From: Eubacteriales bacterium | Lineage (GTDB): Bacteria > Bacillota > Clostridia > Oscillospirales > CAG-272 | DNA: 64,000 nt | Assembly: GCA_045540515.1 (NCBI GenBank) | Contig: JAZQHJ010000173.1 | Location: 6,347-70,346, forward strand | Reading direction: 5' to 3' | In this document: one piece after another, positions 8,440-17,113 of the stretch | Layout of the letters: each line of letters starts with the position of its first letter | Position numbering within the stretch: the stretch's first letter is position 1 | Notes under the pieces: generated by a model | What the model was told of the DNA's origin: nothing | Database searches by the model: none | Seen by the model: the letters and a program-made list of their open reading frames with translations, nothing else | Made by a program: the position numbers and the translations under genes

Positions 8440-11400
8440 ATGAAAAGAGTTTTAGAGTGGCTAAAATCAAAGACGTGGATATATGTCTATGGCGCACTTG
8501 CGTGTATTTGCATACTTTTTGTAAATATTGCACAGGGGCTTGGCTTGAACACGTATATCACGTGGACAATTGTGTCACTTGCAGTGCTTTTAATAACCGT
8601 GGTCTCGGCTATACTTACTGCAAAAAGGCAGAAAAAGCTAGCTATTAAGGAGAAAAGAACAAGAGCACAAAACAAAAAGGACGAAAAATCCAAGAAGGAG
8701 GATAACGATAGCATTGCAGAAAAAATGCTTGAGGGCTTAAAAAATCAGCTTTCAAAATCCTTTGCAAGTCCTTTCTATATTTTGCTTGGTGGCTTTGCAA
8801 TTTCACTTTGCTTCTACCTTGGACCTATTATCTTTTTAAGTAAGGATTATGCTGACGTTGATAGCTTTTCCAAGGCACTTGCAACGCTACATCATACAAT
8901 AAAGCTATTTGTAGTTGACTCTGACTTTTCCATGATTATATCAAACGAGATAGTAATTGAGTCAAGCGGACTTAAAACTCTATTTACAATAGTTGGCGGA
9001 TTTTATTTTATTGCTGCGCCAACCTTCACCCTTACAACCCTTTTGTCTTTTGTAAAGGACTTATTCTCGATGATAAAAATCAGACTCCTTTTCAAAAGAC
9101 CTGTTTACATATTTTCCGAGCTTAACGATATGTCAATTGCAATCGCTAAGGACATTGTTAAAAAGGATATTAAGGGCAAAAAGCTACTTATTTTCACAGA
9201 CGTATATAACACTGAGGACGAGGCAAAGAGAGAGCTTGTTGTAACAGCGCAAAGGCTTGGTGCAATTTGTCTTAGCAGAGATATTCTTGAGCTTAAAACA
9301 AGGTGGTTTAAGTTCAACAAGATTAAGAAATATTACTGCATCGGTACCGACCAGGACGAAAATATGAAGCAGGCGCTAAAAATAATTGACTCCTACGGCT
9401 ACCAGTATTCAAAGCTTAGCGAAAGAAAAGAGGATGCTCTTGTAAATAGCCTAATTTGTGAAATAGAGGGCGTATCAAGGGGCGAATACGATAAGGACCG
9501 TATAGGCGCATGTCAACAGGAGCTTGAAATCCTTTATCGCTTTAAGGAAAAGGAAACTCTTGGTCAAAAGAAGGCGTACCAAAGGAAGGAAATGGCTACT
9601 CTTACTCCAACACAAAGGGAGCTAAAGGACAAGAAAAGAGAGCTTTCCTTTAAGACAATAAGAATTCTTTTGAACGCACAAAGAGTAAAAAGCCTAGACG
9701 CAAGTGAAATGGCAAGACAAAACGAGGCAGAGCTTAATGGTATAATAGCTCAAAGGGAGCAAGACCTTAAAGCACTTGAAAACGAGCACGAGGAAACATT
9801 AAAGAACCTTAAGCTTGAAAGAATGTATGAGCTTGATAGCAGCAGGGCTCAAGAAATAACTAATAAAATTGAACAAGAAATCATAAGCTATGAGAGCAAA
9901 AAGGAAAAAATTGCAAATGATGCCGAGCAAAAAGGTGCACTTGCAGAGCAAAAGCACAAGATTGAAGCGGTTCTTGATGAGCTAATATTTGAGCTTGAAA
10001 GAAATAATGAGCTAAAAGAAAGAATTGCGCCACTTGACAAGAAAAACCAAGAGCTTGACGAGCTTTTAAGAAAAGCAAATAACGAGCCAGAGCCAAGCAA
10101 GGAAAATACAAGCTTCGAGCCAAGGGAGCTCACCGAGCAGGAAAAAGCGGAACAGCAAAAGGAGACGGAGCTCAAAGAAAGGGCTAGTCGTGGCAAGGAC
10201 GCCCTTCTTGAATATGTATATAGCGAGGATAATCTCAAAGCAGAGGAGCTTGATGAGGCTAAGGCACTTCTTAATAAGACAAGGAGTGAAAATAAGGCTC
10301 TTATTAAGAGATACAACAAGGGTAAATCTGCAATAAGGAAAAAGCAAAGAGACCTTGATGTTGCAAAGCAAAGACAAGCAGAGCTTGAAAATGAAAAAAC
10401 CGACAAGGGTAAGCAGGCATTACTTGCAAAATACAAGCAACAGGACGTTGAATACGAGCTTGAACAGGTAAAGAATGAGCTTGAAATTGTAAATAGTGAG
10501 CTTAAAAAGCAAATAAACGAGCTAACAAGCAACGCACAGGGCGAAAGAGCCGAGCAAATTAAGAAAATTCTTTCAAGTCAGGCAAGTGAGGAAAAGCTCT
10601 TTGAAAGAAGCGAAAGGAAAACAAACGGACTTGCTTGTGGCAAGAAGGAGCTTAATGACAGACCAGAGATTTACGTATATGCAGCAAATGCAGAGAGTGA
10701 AACACTTCTTGATAATGTAAGCAAGGAGCTTTTACACGTACGTAGAATCAATGAAAACAGAAACCTTGTTTTTGAAACAATGAATAGCAATTCAATATTT
10801 GACGATGTTGATAATGCAACAGGAAGCGATATAAATGGCGATAAGCAAATGAATGTTGCAATAATCGGTCTTGGTGGCTATGGTATGGAGCTTTTAAAAA
10901 CTCTATCCTGGCTAGGACAGGCAAAGGGCTATTACCTAAATGCATTTGTCTTTGACGGAGAAAATGGTACTGAAAAGCTAAAAGCCGTTGCTCCTGATAT
11001 GATAAAATACAACTATCTTGACATTTACAAGGAAGGCAACGAAAAGAAAAACGAGGTAGGAGAGGGAGACTTCATAACGGGCCTTGAGGACACCGAGGCA
11101 AGCGAAAGAACACGTGCCGATATTCCAAAGGACCCAGTGGAAACAAGCTATTCAATTACCTTCTACAACAATGTAGATGTAAAAACCACAAAATTCCTTG
11201 AAATGATTGAAAAAATAGATGCAAGACGTCCGCTAACAAGCATATATGTAACACTAGGTAATGATAGCCTAAACGTTCAAACAGCAATGAATATAAGACG
11301 TACGCTTGCAAGAATTACAAGCAATCAAAAAGCGCCAAAAATTTATGCCGTTGTATTTAATACAATAAAAACAGACGTGCTTCAAAAGGGTGCGGGTAAT

Positions 11401-11862
11401 GACTACAATATTACCTACATAGGAAACATTGAAAAGGCATTCTCACAGCAAACAATTGAGCAACAGGAAATTGAAAGAACTGGCTTTATTTACCACAGTC
11501 GTTGGTCGGATGTATCAAATCCATACGAGGCAAGACAGGAGCAGGGAAAATATGAAAAGACAGAGTATTTCAGAAGGTCCTCAATGGCACAGGCATTGTT
11601 CTACAAGCTTACATATGATAAGGTTTGGTATGACAACATTGAGGAGCTATCCAAATATGAGCACAATCGTTGGAGTGCTTTTATGAGGGCTGACGGCTTT
11701 GTTGCTTGTGATGATTCTAGCAAAAAGGACACTGCTGTTAAGAAAACGCACCATAACCTTGTGCCATTTAATGAGCTAAGTGATAGCGATAAGGATAAGG
11801 ACTTCGCTTTCTATACAGCTGATAAACGAGCAAGAGTTAAGGACAACAAAACAGGGAGATAA
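8440..11862 (+). CDS. multi-pass membrane protein with degenerate and intact Rossmann (KTN/TrkA-N-like) domains, ~400-aa coiled-coil insert and C-terminal RyR-like domain
   Basis: Four N-terminal hydrophobic helices. A K/E-rich heptad-like segment spans about aa 320-740. GxGxxG in VAIIGLGGYG is followed by an FVFD acidic residue. The C-terminus YEHNRWSAFMRADGF...KKTHHNLVPFNELSDSDKDKD matches the RyR-domain pattern (HE.W...GW...hP.LvPy.eL...K..D). Confidence 0.55.
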   Translation: MKRVLEWLKSKTWIYVYGALACICILFVNIAQGLGLNTYITWTIVSLAVLLITVVSAILTAKRQKKLAIKEKRTRAQNKKDEKSKKEDNDSIAEKMLEGLKNQLSKSFASPFYILLGGFAISLCFYLGPIIFLSKDYADVDSFSKALATLHHTIKLFVVDSDFSMIISNEIVIESSGLKTLFTIVGGFYFIAAPTFTLTTLLSFVKDLFSMIKIRLLFKRPVYIFSELNDMSIAIAKDIVKKDIKGKKLLIFTDVYNTEDEAKRELVVTAQRLGAICLSRDILELKTRWFKFNKIKKYYCIGTDQDENMKQALKIIDSYGYQYSKLSERKEDALVNSLICEIEGVSRGEYDKDRIGACQQELEILYRFKEKETLGQKKAYQRKEMATLTPTQRELKDKKRELSFKTIRILLNAQRVKSLDASEMARQNEAELNGIIAQREQDLKALENEHEETLKNLKLERMYELDSSRAQEITNKIEQEIISYESKKEKIANDAEQKGALAEQKHKIEAVLDELIFELERNNELKERIAPLDKKNQELDELLRKANNEPEPSKENTSFEPRELTEQEKAEQQKETELKERASRGKDALLEYVYSEDNLKAEELDEAKALLNKTRSENKALIKRYNKGKSAIRKKQRDLDVAKQRQAELENEKTDKGKQALLAKYKQQDVEYELEQVKNELEIVNSELKKQINELTSNAQGERAEQIKKILSSQASEEKLFERSERKTNGLACGKKELNDRPEIYVYAANAESETLLDNVSKELLHVRRINENRNLVFETMNSNSIFDDVDNATGSDINGDKQMNVAIIGLGGYGMELLKTLSWLGQAKGYYLNAFVFDGENGTEKLKAVAPDMIKYNYLDIYKEGNEKKNEVGEGDFITGLEDTEASERTRADIPKDPVETSYSITFYNNVDVKTTKFLEMIEKIDARRPLTSIYVTLGNDSLNVQTAMNIRRTLARITSNQKAPKIYAVVFNTIKTDVLQKGAGNDYNITYIGNIEKAFSQQTIEQQEIERTGFIYHSRWSDVSNPYEARQEQGKYEKTEYFRRSSMAQALFYKLTYDKVWYDNIEELSKYEHNRWSAFMRADGFVACDDSSKKDTAVKKTHHNLVPFNELSDSDKDKDFAFYTADKRARVKDNKTGR

Positions 11863-11864
11863 CA

Positions 11865-13946
11865 ATGAAAAAAATATGCATAATTTCGCTTAATGAGTGG
11901 TGGGTTTTTGAAAATAAGAACGCAACCATACTGCCAGTGGAAGCAATAAAGGGAGCATTAAAGGCAGAGCTTGGAATTACAAGCTATGAATATAGTAGCT
12001 TTACGGAGCTTGTGATTGAAATTGAGGAAAATCAGCTTTCACAGGTAAAAGGCGTCGTGGAAAAATGCTTAAAGGACAGCTATGCCTGTGATACCGATAA
12101 GGTAGTAAAAATATATTTACATAAGGAAGCTCCAAAATCGAGCTTTGAGGATAATACAACAACTAGCAAGGAAGGTAATTCAGATATGAGTACAGATTTA
12201 GAAAAAGCATTAAGTAGCACCTTTGGAACAGGTGCAAAGACAAGCACACCAAAGGAGGCACCAGCTCCACAGCCAGAGGAGGAAAAGGTTGACCCTGTAA
12301 AGGCAGTTCTTGAAGAAATTGATAATTTAGTTGGCGCAAGAGAGTTCAAGGCGCTTTGCCACGAGCTTGCAAGCGTAGCACCACAAATTCGTAAGAGCAA
12401 TATGCTTGATTCATTTATACACAATAGTTACGTTTTTGCAATCAATGACGGTGCAGGATGTACAACATTCTTGAACCTTTTTGCAAGGCTACTTTGTGCT
12501 CTTGAGCTAAGAAGCGAGGGCAGAGGCGGTGTAAATGTATTTGAGCTTGGCTATATGACTGCCGACACTGCAAAATTTTTCCAGGAATATGAGGAATACA
12601 AGGCAAAGCTAAAAAGCGGAAAGCCAGTTATTTGCATTGATATTAGCGATATGATGACAAAGGTAAACACCTCTGCATTTAAGCACTTTGTAACAGCTCT
12701 TGAAAAGGACGGACTTGCAACAAAGACTACATTTATATTCAAGGTTCCTTTTGTTAAAAAGGAGGTTCTTGACGAGGTTACATATGCTCTTAACGACGTT
12801 ATAAATGTAAAGGCTGTTTGCTTCCCACCGCTTAGCACAAAGGAAATTTGTGAATACGCCTCAAAGGAAACAGAACGCTACGGCTTTAAGTTTGATGATG
12901 AGGCTTGGCCAAGCTTTCAGGAAAGAATTTGCGAGGAAAAGGCTGACGGTAAATTCTACGACCTTAAAACAGTCAATAAGATTGTAAGAGAGCTTATTTA
13001 TAACAAGCATCTTGATAATGCAATAAATAACAAGGACGATGTAAAAATCAACGCATCTGACACAGAAAAGCTTTGCGTATATAAGCCACTTGACGACGCA
13101 AGCGTTGATGAGCTGTTTGATGCTCTTGTTTGTGGTGAGACCTTTAAAAAGAAGATTAATGAAATTGTATCACAGGTGCTCGTTGCAAGAAAGACCTCTG
13201 GCGCAAAGGCTCCTTGTATTCATATGCGCTTTGTTGGTAACCCAGGTACTGGAAAAACAACTCTTGCAAGAATTGTTGGTAAGGTATTAAAGGAAAAGGG
13301 AATTTTAAGAATAGGCGCATTCCACGAATGCTCGGGCCGTGACCTTGTTGGTAGATTTGTTGGTGAAACTGCACCAAAAACAGCAAGCATTTGTAGAGAT
13401 GCATACGGCTCTGTATTGTTTATTGATGAGGCGTACTCACTATACAGAGGAAGAAGCGACTCAAACGACTTTGGTAGAGAGGCAATTGATACCCTTATTG
13501 CAGAAATGGAAAACCACAGAGATGATCTTGTTGTAATTATGGCGGGCTACACTGATGAAATGAATACAATGATTGATGGAAACGCAGGTCTTGCATCACG
13601 TATTCCATATACAATTGAGTTCCCTAACTTCACAAGAGAGCAATTAAATACAATCTTTGTATCAATGCTTAAATCCACCGAGATTAAATATGAGAAGGAC
13701 GTTTTGAAGGCTGCAAAGGAATACTTTGATTCAATTCCAGATGCAACAATCAATTCAAAGAAGTTCAGCAATGGTAGATTTGTTCGTAACCTTTACGAAA
13801 GAACCTTTGCAAAGGCTTGTACAAGAACTCAAATCAATGGTGAGGACGTAATTGTAATAAAGAAAGAGGACTTTATTTCAGCACAGTCAGATGCAGAGTT
13901 CCTAATTACAGAAAAGAAGCAAAGCTCAGCAAGAATCGGCTTCTAA
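11865..13946 (+). CDS. tandem AAA+ ATPase of the SpoVK/CbbX clade (N-terminal module degenerate, C-terminal module intact)
   Basis: The intact module has Walker A GNPGTGKTT, Walker B VLFIDEAYSL and VVIMAGY. The upstream module has a decayed P-loop (NDGAGCTTF) and VICIDISD. The start codon lies 2 nt after the stop of the upstream gene. Confidence 0.8.
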   Translation: MKKICIISLNEWWVFENKNATILPVEAIKGALKAELGITSYEYSSFTELVIEIEENQLSQVKGVVEKCLKDSYACDTDKVVKIYLHKEAPKSSFEDNTTTSKEGNSDMSTDLEKALSSTFGTGAKTSTPKEAPAPQPEEEKVDPVKAVLEEIDNLVGAREFKALCHELASVAPQIRKSNMLDSFIHNSYVFAINDGAGCTTFLNLFARLLCALELRSEGRGGVNVFELGYMTADTAKFFQEYEEYKAKLKSGKPVICIDISDMMTKVNTSAFKHFVTALEKDGLATKTTFIFKVPFVKKEVLDEVTYALNDVINVKAVCFPPLSTKEICEYASKETERYGFKFDDEAWPSFQERICEEKADGKFYDLKTVNKIVRELIYNKHLDNAINNKDDVKINASDTEKLCVYKPLDDASVDELFDALVCGETFKKKINEIVSQVLVARKTSGAKAPCIHMRFVGNPGTGKTTLARIVGKVLKEKGILRIGAFHECSGRDLVGRFVGETAPKTASICRDAYGSVLFIDEAYSLYRGRSDSNDFGREAIDTLIAEMENHRDDLVVIMAGYTDEMNTMIDGNAGLASRIPYTIEFPNFTREQLNTIFVSMLKSTEIKYEKDVLKAAKEYFDSIPDATINSKKFSNGRFVRNLYERTFAKACTRTQINGEDVIVIKKEDFISAQSDAEFLITEKKQSSARIGF

Positions 13947-13982
13947 TTCCTTGCAAATCCTTTATCAACGAAAGGAATAAAA

Positions 13983-16307
13983 ATGTCAGCTTTAAATGTA
14001 ACTATTACGCTTTTCTGTCTGGTGGCATTTTTCTTAGAGGTAATCGGATTTTTCTTTTACTATATATTAAAAAAACGACCTGACAGAATAAGCTTTATAA
14101 AGAATTATAAAAAAGGTAAATGCGCAATAATTTATCTTATTGCAATTCCTATGTTTTGGATTGGAATTATGTACACCAAGACAAGCAAGGGGATTCCATT
14201 TACCCCTGTAAATGAGGTGTTTACGTCAATTCATAAGGTTATCAACCTTGTGGTTTTAAAGTACGAGGTTTCAGAAATTGAAGCGCTTATGAATGACTTT
14301 ACCCTTTATGCTGTTTGTGTATATGTTTGCTTTGGACTTGTTCTTATCAATGCAGGACTATTTATGGTGTCTTTTGTTGGTCAGTACCTTTGGTCAGTTA
14401 AGGGCAAGCTTCAAAGACGACTTTTATACAAGGAAAACCTTGTGATTTTTGGCTACAATAATGAGTGCGTTGAGATTTATAATAGCGATAAATCAAGAGC
14501 AAAAATCATTGTTGCCCCTCTTGAAAAGGAAAAGCAGGAGGAGCTATACATTGCAAATATTCATTATGCCGAGGCAAAGACCTACGAGTCGTTTGTTGAT
14601 CGCTTCCTTGCTATTGCAAAAAACGAAAAGAAAAGACATATTGCAATAATAAACACAGGCAGTGATGAGACAAATATCGCTGTTTGCAGAGCCTTTGTAA
14701 ATGCTCTTTCAGGATATGAGGGAGATAAGGAAAAGCTATTTTTACGTGTAAAGATTTACGTCTTTGGAGACCCAAAATATCAAACCCTTTATGATGATAT
14801 TGTATCTGACGGCTATGGCTGTATCAGCTATGTAAACAAGTACCAAAAAATTGCAATGGATTTTATAAACAGCTATCCGTTTGCACTCTTTATGGACGAA
14901 AAACAGCTTGACTACAAGACCTCGCTTGTAAAAAAGGATGTAAATATCAATGCTATAATGATTGGCTTTGGAAAAACAGCACAGCAAATTTTTGCAACCT
15001 CGGTTGCTAATAACCAGTTTTTAAGATATGCTCTTAAAGAGGAGAATGGTGAGCTAGTTGAGGATAAGGACAGGGAGCCAGAGCTAAAAAGAGTCAATTA
15101 TCATATCTTTGACAAAACCGAGGCAAAGAACAATAAAAATCTCAACCACAGCTATTATCGCTACAAGAACGAGTGCCTGCTTAACTGCCTTGCAAAGGAC
15201 AGTGATGAATTTGAGCACGGCTTAAACGAGAGGGCAAGGGAGTATTTGCCACTTCCAAAGGTTCCTGCAAGGGAGCACTTTAATAAGCTTGATATAAACG
15301 ATAGAGATTTTTATAACAATATTTATAAAATAATAACCGCAGGCAAAAACGATAAGAACTTTATTATAATTGCCTTCGGTAAGGACCTTGAGAATATTGA
15401 TATGGCTCAAAAGCTTATCGAAAAGCGCAGAGAATGGGGGCTTTCCGACCTGATTATTTTTGTAAGGTCAAGGGATTTCCACAAGTGCGACACTCTTGTA
15501 AATGACGAGAACTGCTACTTCTTTGGATATGAAAGCGAGGTAGTTTACGACATTGAAAGAATTCTTGAGGACGACATTTACAAAATGGCAAGGATGCGTA
15601 ACGAGATTTACGACATTGAATACTATATTTCAAACGAAAATCCAAGCCCAACACAGGATGAAATAAGTCAGGTTAAGGCTAGCGCTGAAATTAAATGGCA
15701 CAAAAAGCTTTCTCCTATGCTACGTGAAAGCAGTCTTTATGCCTGCCTTAGCATAAGGTCAAAGCTCAATCTTATAGGGCTTGACTATGTAAGATGCGAC
15801 CAAAAGCCAAATCAAAGGGCGCTTACCTATGATGAATATATAAGCGTATATTCACACGACGGCGACGTTCCAATCGTAAGAGGGGACCTTATGGCAGGGG
15901 ACAAGGCTGTTTGCAAATATGACCTTGATTTCAAGCCACACTCTATGCGTACATATCTTGGAATCCACGAGCATCAAAGGTGGAATTCGTTTATGGTAAG
16001 CAAGGGAATAATTCCTTCAACCCTTGACCAAATTTACAACGAAAGACTACCAAACGGCAAGTATTCAAATGGTAAGAGATACGATGCAAGACGTCACGGC
16101 AATCTAACAACCTTTGGTGGACTTGTAGGATTTAGACGCTTGCTTGCATACAGGGCAAGTGGCAAGGAATTTACAGATTATGAAAGCATTATGAGCACAC
16201 CACAGGCAGGTGAGGCTGAATATGATGTAATCAAGTACGACTATCAATTGCTTGATGACGCATACTGGCTACTTACCAAAAATGGCTTTAAAATAATCAA
16301 AAAATAA
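13983..16307 (+). CDS. multi-pass membrane protein with Rossmann-like domains and C-terminal RyR-like domain (short paralog of 8440-11862)
   Basis: N-terminal TM helices. Rossmann-like strands LVIFGYNNEC and AIMIGFGKTAQQI, then HIFD. The C-terminus reads HEHQRWNSFMVSKG...RRHGNLTTFGGL. The domain order matches the 1140-aa protein minus its coiled coil. Confidence 0.5.
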   Translation: MSALNVTITLFCLVAFFLEVIGFFFYYILKKRPDRISFIKNYKKGKCAIIYLIAIPMFWIGIMYTKTSKGIPFTPVNEVFTSIHKVINLVVLKYEVSEIEALMNDFTLYAVCVYVCFGLVLINAGLFMVSFVGQYLWSVKGKLQRRLLYKENLVIFGYNNECVEIYNSDKSRAKIIVAPLEKEKQEELYIANIHYAEAKTYESFVDRFLAIAKNEKKRHIAIINTGSDETNIAVCRAFVNALSGYEGDKEKLFLRVKIYVFGDPKYQTLYDDIVSDGYGCISYVNKYQKIAMDFINSYPFALFMDEKQLDYKTSLVKKDVNINAIMIGFGKTAQQIFATSVANNQFLRYALKEENGELVEDKDREPELKRVNYHIFDKTEAKNNKNLNHSYYRYKNECLLNCLAKDSDEFEHGLNERAREYLPLPKVPAREHFNKLDINDRDFYNNIYKIITAGKNDKNFIIIAFGKDLENIDMAQKLIEKRREWGLSDLIIFVRSRDFHKCDTLVNDENCYFFGYESEVVYDIERILEDDIYKMARMRNEIYDIEYYISNENPSPTQDEISQVKASAEIKWHKKLSPMLRESSLYACLSIRSKLNLIGLDYVRCDQKPNQRALTYDEYISVYSHDGDVPIVRGDLMAGDKAVCKYDLDFKPHSMRTYLGIHEHQRWNSFMVSKGIIPSTLDQIYNERLPNGKYSNGKRYDARRHGNLTTFGGLVGFRRLLAYRASGKEFTDYESIMSTPQAGEAEYDVIKYDYQLLDDAYWLLTKNGFKIIKK

Positions 16308-16317
16308 GCCTTAAAGG

Positions 16318-16347
16318 CAAAAGAGCGAGATTCCTCGCTCTTTTTTG
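16318..16347 (+). terminator. rho-independent terminator of the 8440-16307 operon
   Basis: Stem AGAGCGAG/CTCGCTCT with loop ATTC, followed by TTTTTT. Confidence 0.8.
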
Positions 16348-16371
16348 TATTTTTAAATAAAAAAGGACTCA

Positions 16372-17112
16372 TTATGAGTCCCTTTTCATATTGTCTAAAA
16401 TAATTTTAAGTGCAGTATCGGCTTGCTCCTTGGTCGCCTGTGGGGTGTCCTTTAATGGATAATCAATGCCGAGGCTCTCATACTTGCTAACGCCCATTGT
16501 GTGATAGGGCAAAACCTCGATTTTTTCAATGTTATCAAAATCTGAAAGGAATTTACCAAGCGTTGCCAAATGCTCCTTTTTATCGGTCAAATTTGGCACC
16601 AGCACGTAGCGAATACGCATTTTTTTGCCCTTGCTATTTAGGTGCTTTGCAAATTCAAGAACGCTTTTGTTTGATGCTCCGGTTAGCTTAATATGCTCAC
16701 TCTCGTTAATATGCTTTATGTCAAGCATTACAAGGTCGCACACATCAAGCAAGGCGTTTATTTCTGCCATTCTTTTGGCATTTTCCTTATCAAAAGCAAT
16801 TCCTGAGGTATCAATACAGGTGTGAATACCCTTTTCCTTGGCAAGTGAAAAAAGCTCCTTTACAAATTCAAGCTGTAAAAGTGGCTCTCCGCCCGTAACA
16901 GTAATACCACCCGTTTTATAAAAGGTGATATTTCTTGTCATTTTTTCAAGCACCGCACTTGCCGTATATTCCGTGCCACCCGACATACACCAGGTGTCTG
17001 GATTGTGACAGTATAGACAACGCAGAGCACAGCCCTGTAAGAATACTACAAAGCGAACGCCAGGACCGTCAACCGTGCCAAAGCTCTCAAATGAATGTAT
17101 TTTACCAAGCAT
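16372..17112 (-). CDS. pflA: pyruvate formate-lyase activating enzyme (radical SAM)
   Basis: CxxxCxxC cluster in GCALRCLYCHNPDTW. The gene lies immediately downstream of pflB. Confidence 0.9.
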   Translation of the reverse strand: MLGKIHSFESFGTVDGPGVRFVVFLQGCALRCLYCHNPDTWCMSGGTEYTASAVLEKMTRNITFYKTGGITVTGGEPLLQLEFVKELFSLAKEKGIHTCIDTSGIAFDKENAKRMAEINALLDVCDLVMLDIKHINESEHIKLTGASNKSVLEFAKHLNSKGKKMRIRYVLVPNLTDKKEHLATLGKFLSDFDNIEKIEVLPYHTMGVSKYESLGIDYPLKDTPQATKEQADTALKIILDNMKRDS

Positions 17113-17113
17113 A

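Noticed and set aside
9888-10532. A long minus-strand ORF (214 aa, S/L/F-rich), with neighbours at 9881-10123 and 10066-10377.
   Set aside because: They lie antisense to the K/E-rich coiled-coil coding region of the 1140-aa protein. GAA/AAG-rich sense codons give stop-free TTC/CTT antisense frames. There is no RBS and the composition is low complexity, so this is a mirror artefact.
11865-13946. The SpoVK/CbbX-type AAA+ as the EccA-like chaperone of the T7SS-like island.
   Set aside because: It is separated from the island by ~26 kb of unrelated housekeeping and glycan genes on both strands. It is also embedded in its own tightly coupled operon with the RyR-like proteins, so there is no positional support for a link.
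13947-13982. The inverted repeat TTCCTT...AAGGAA spanning the RBS of the third gene in the RyR/AAA+ operon, as a possible translational control hairpin.
   Set aside because: The stem is only ~6 bp, the loop is ~20 nt and the sequence is AT-rich, so it is indistinguishable from chance.
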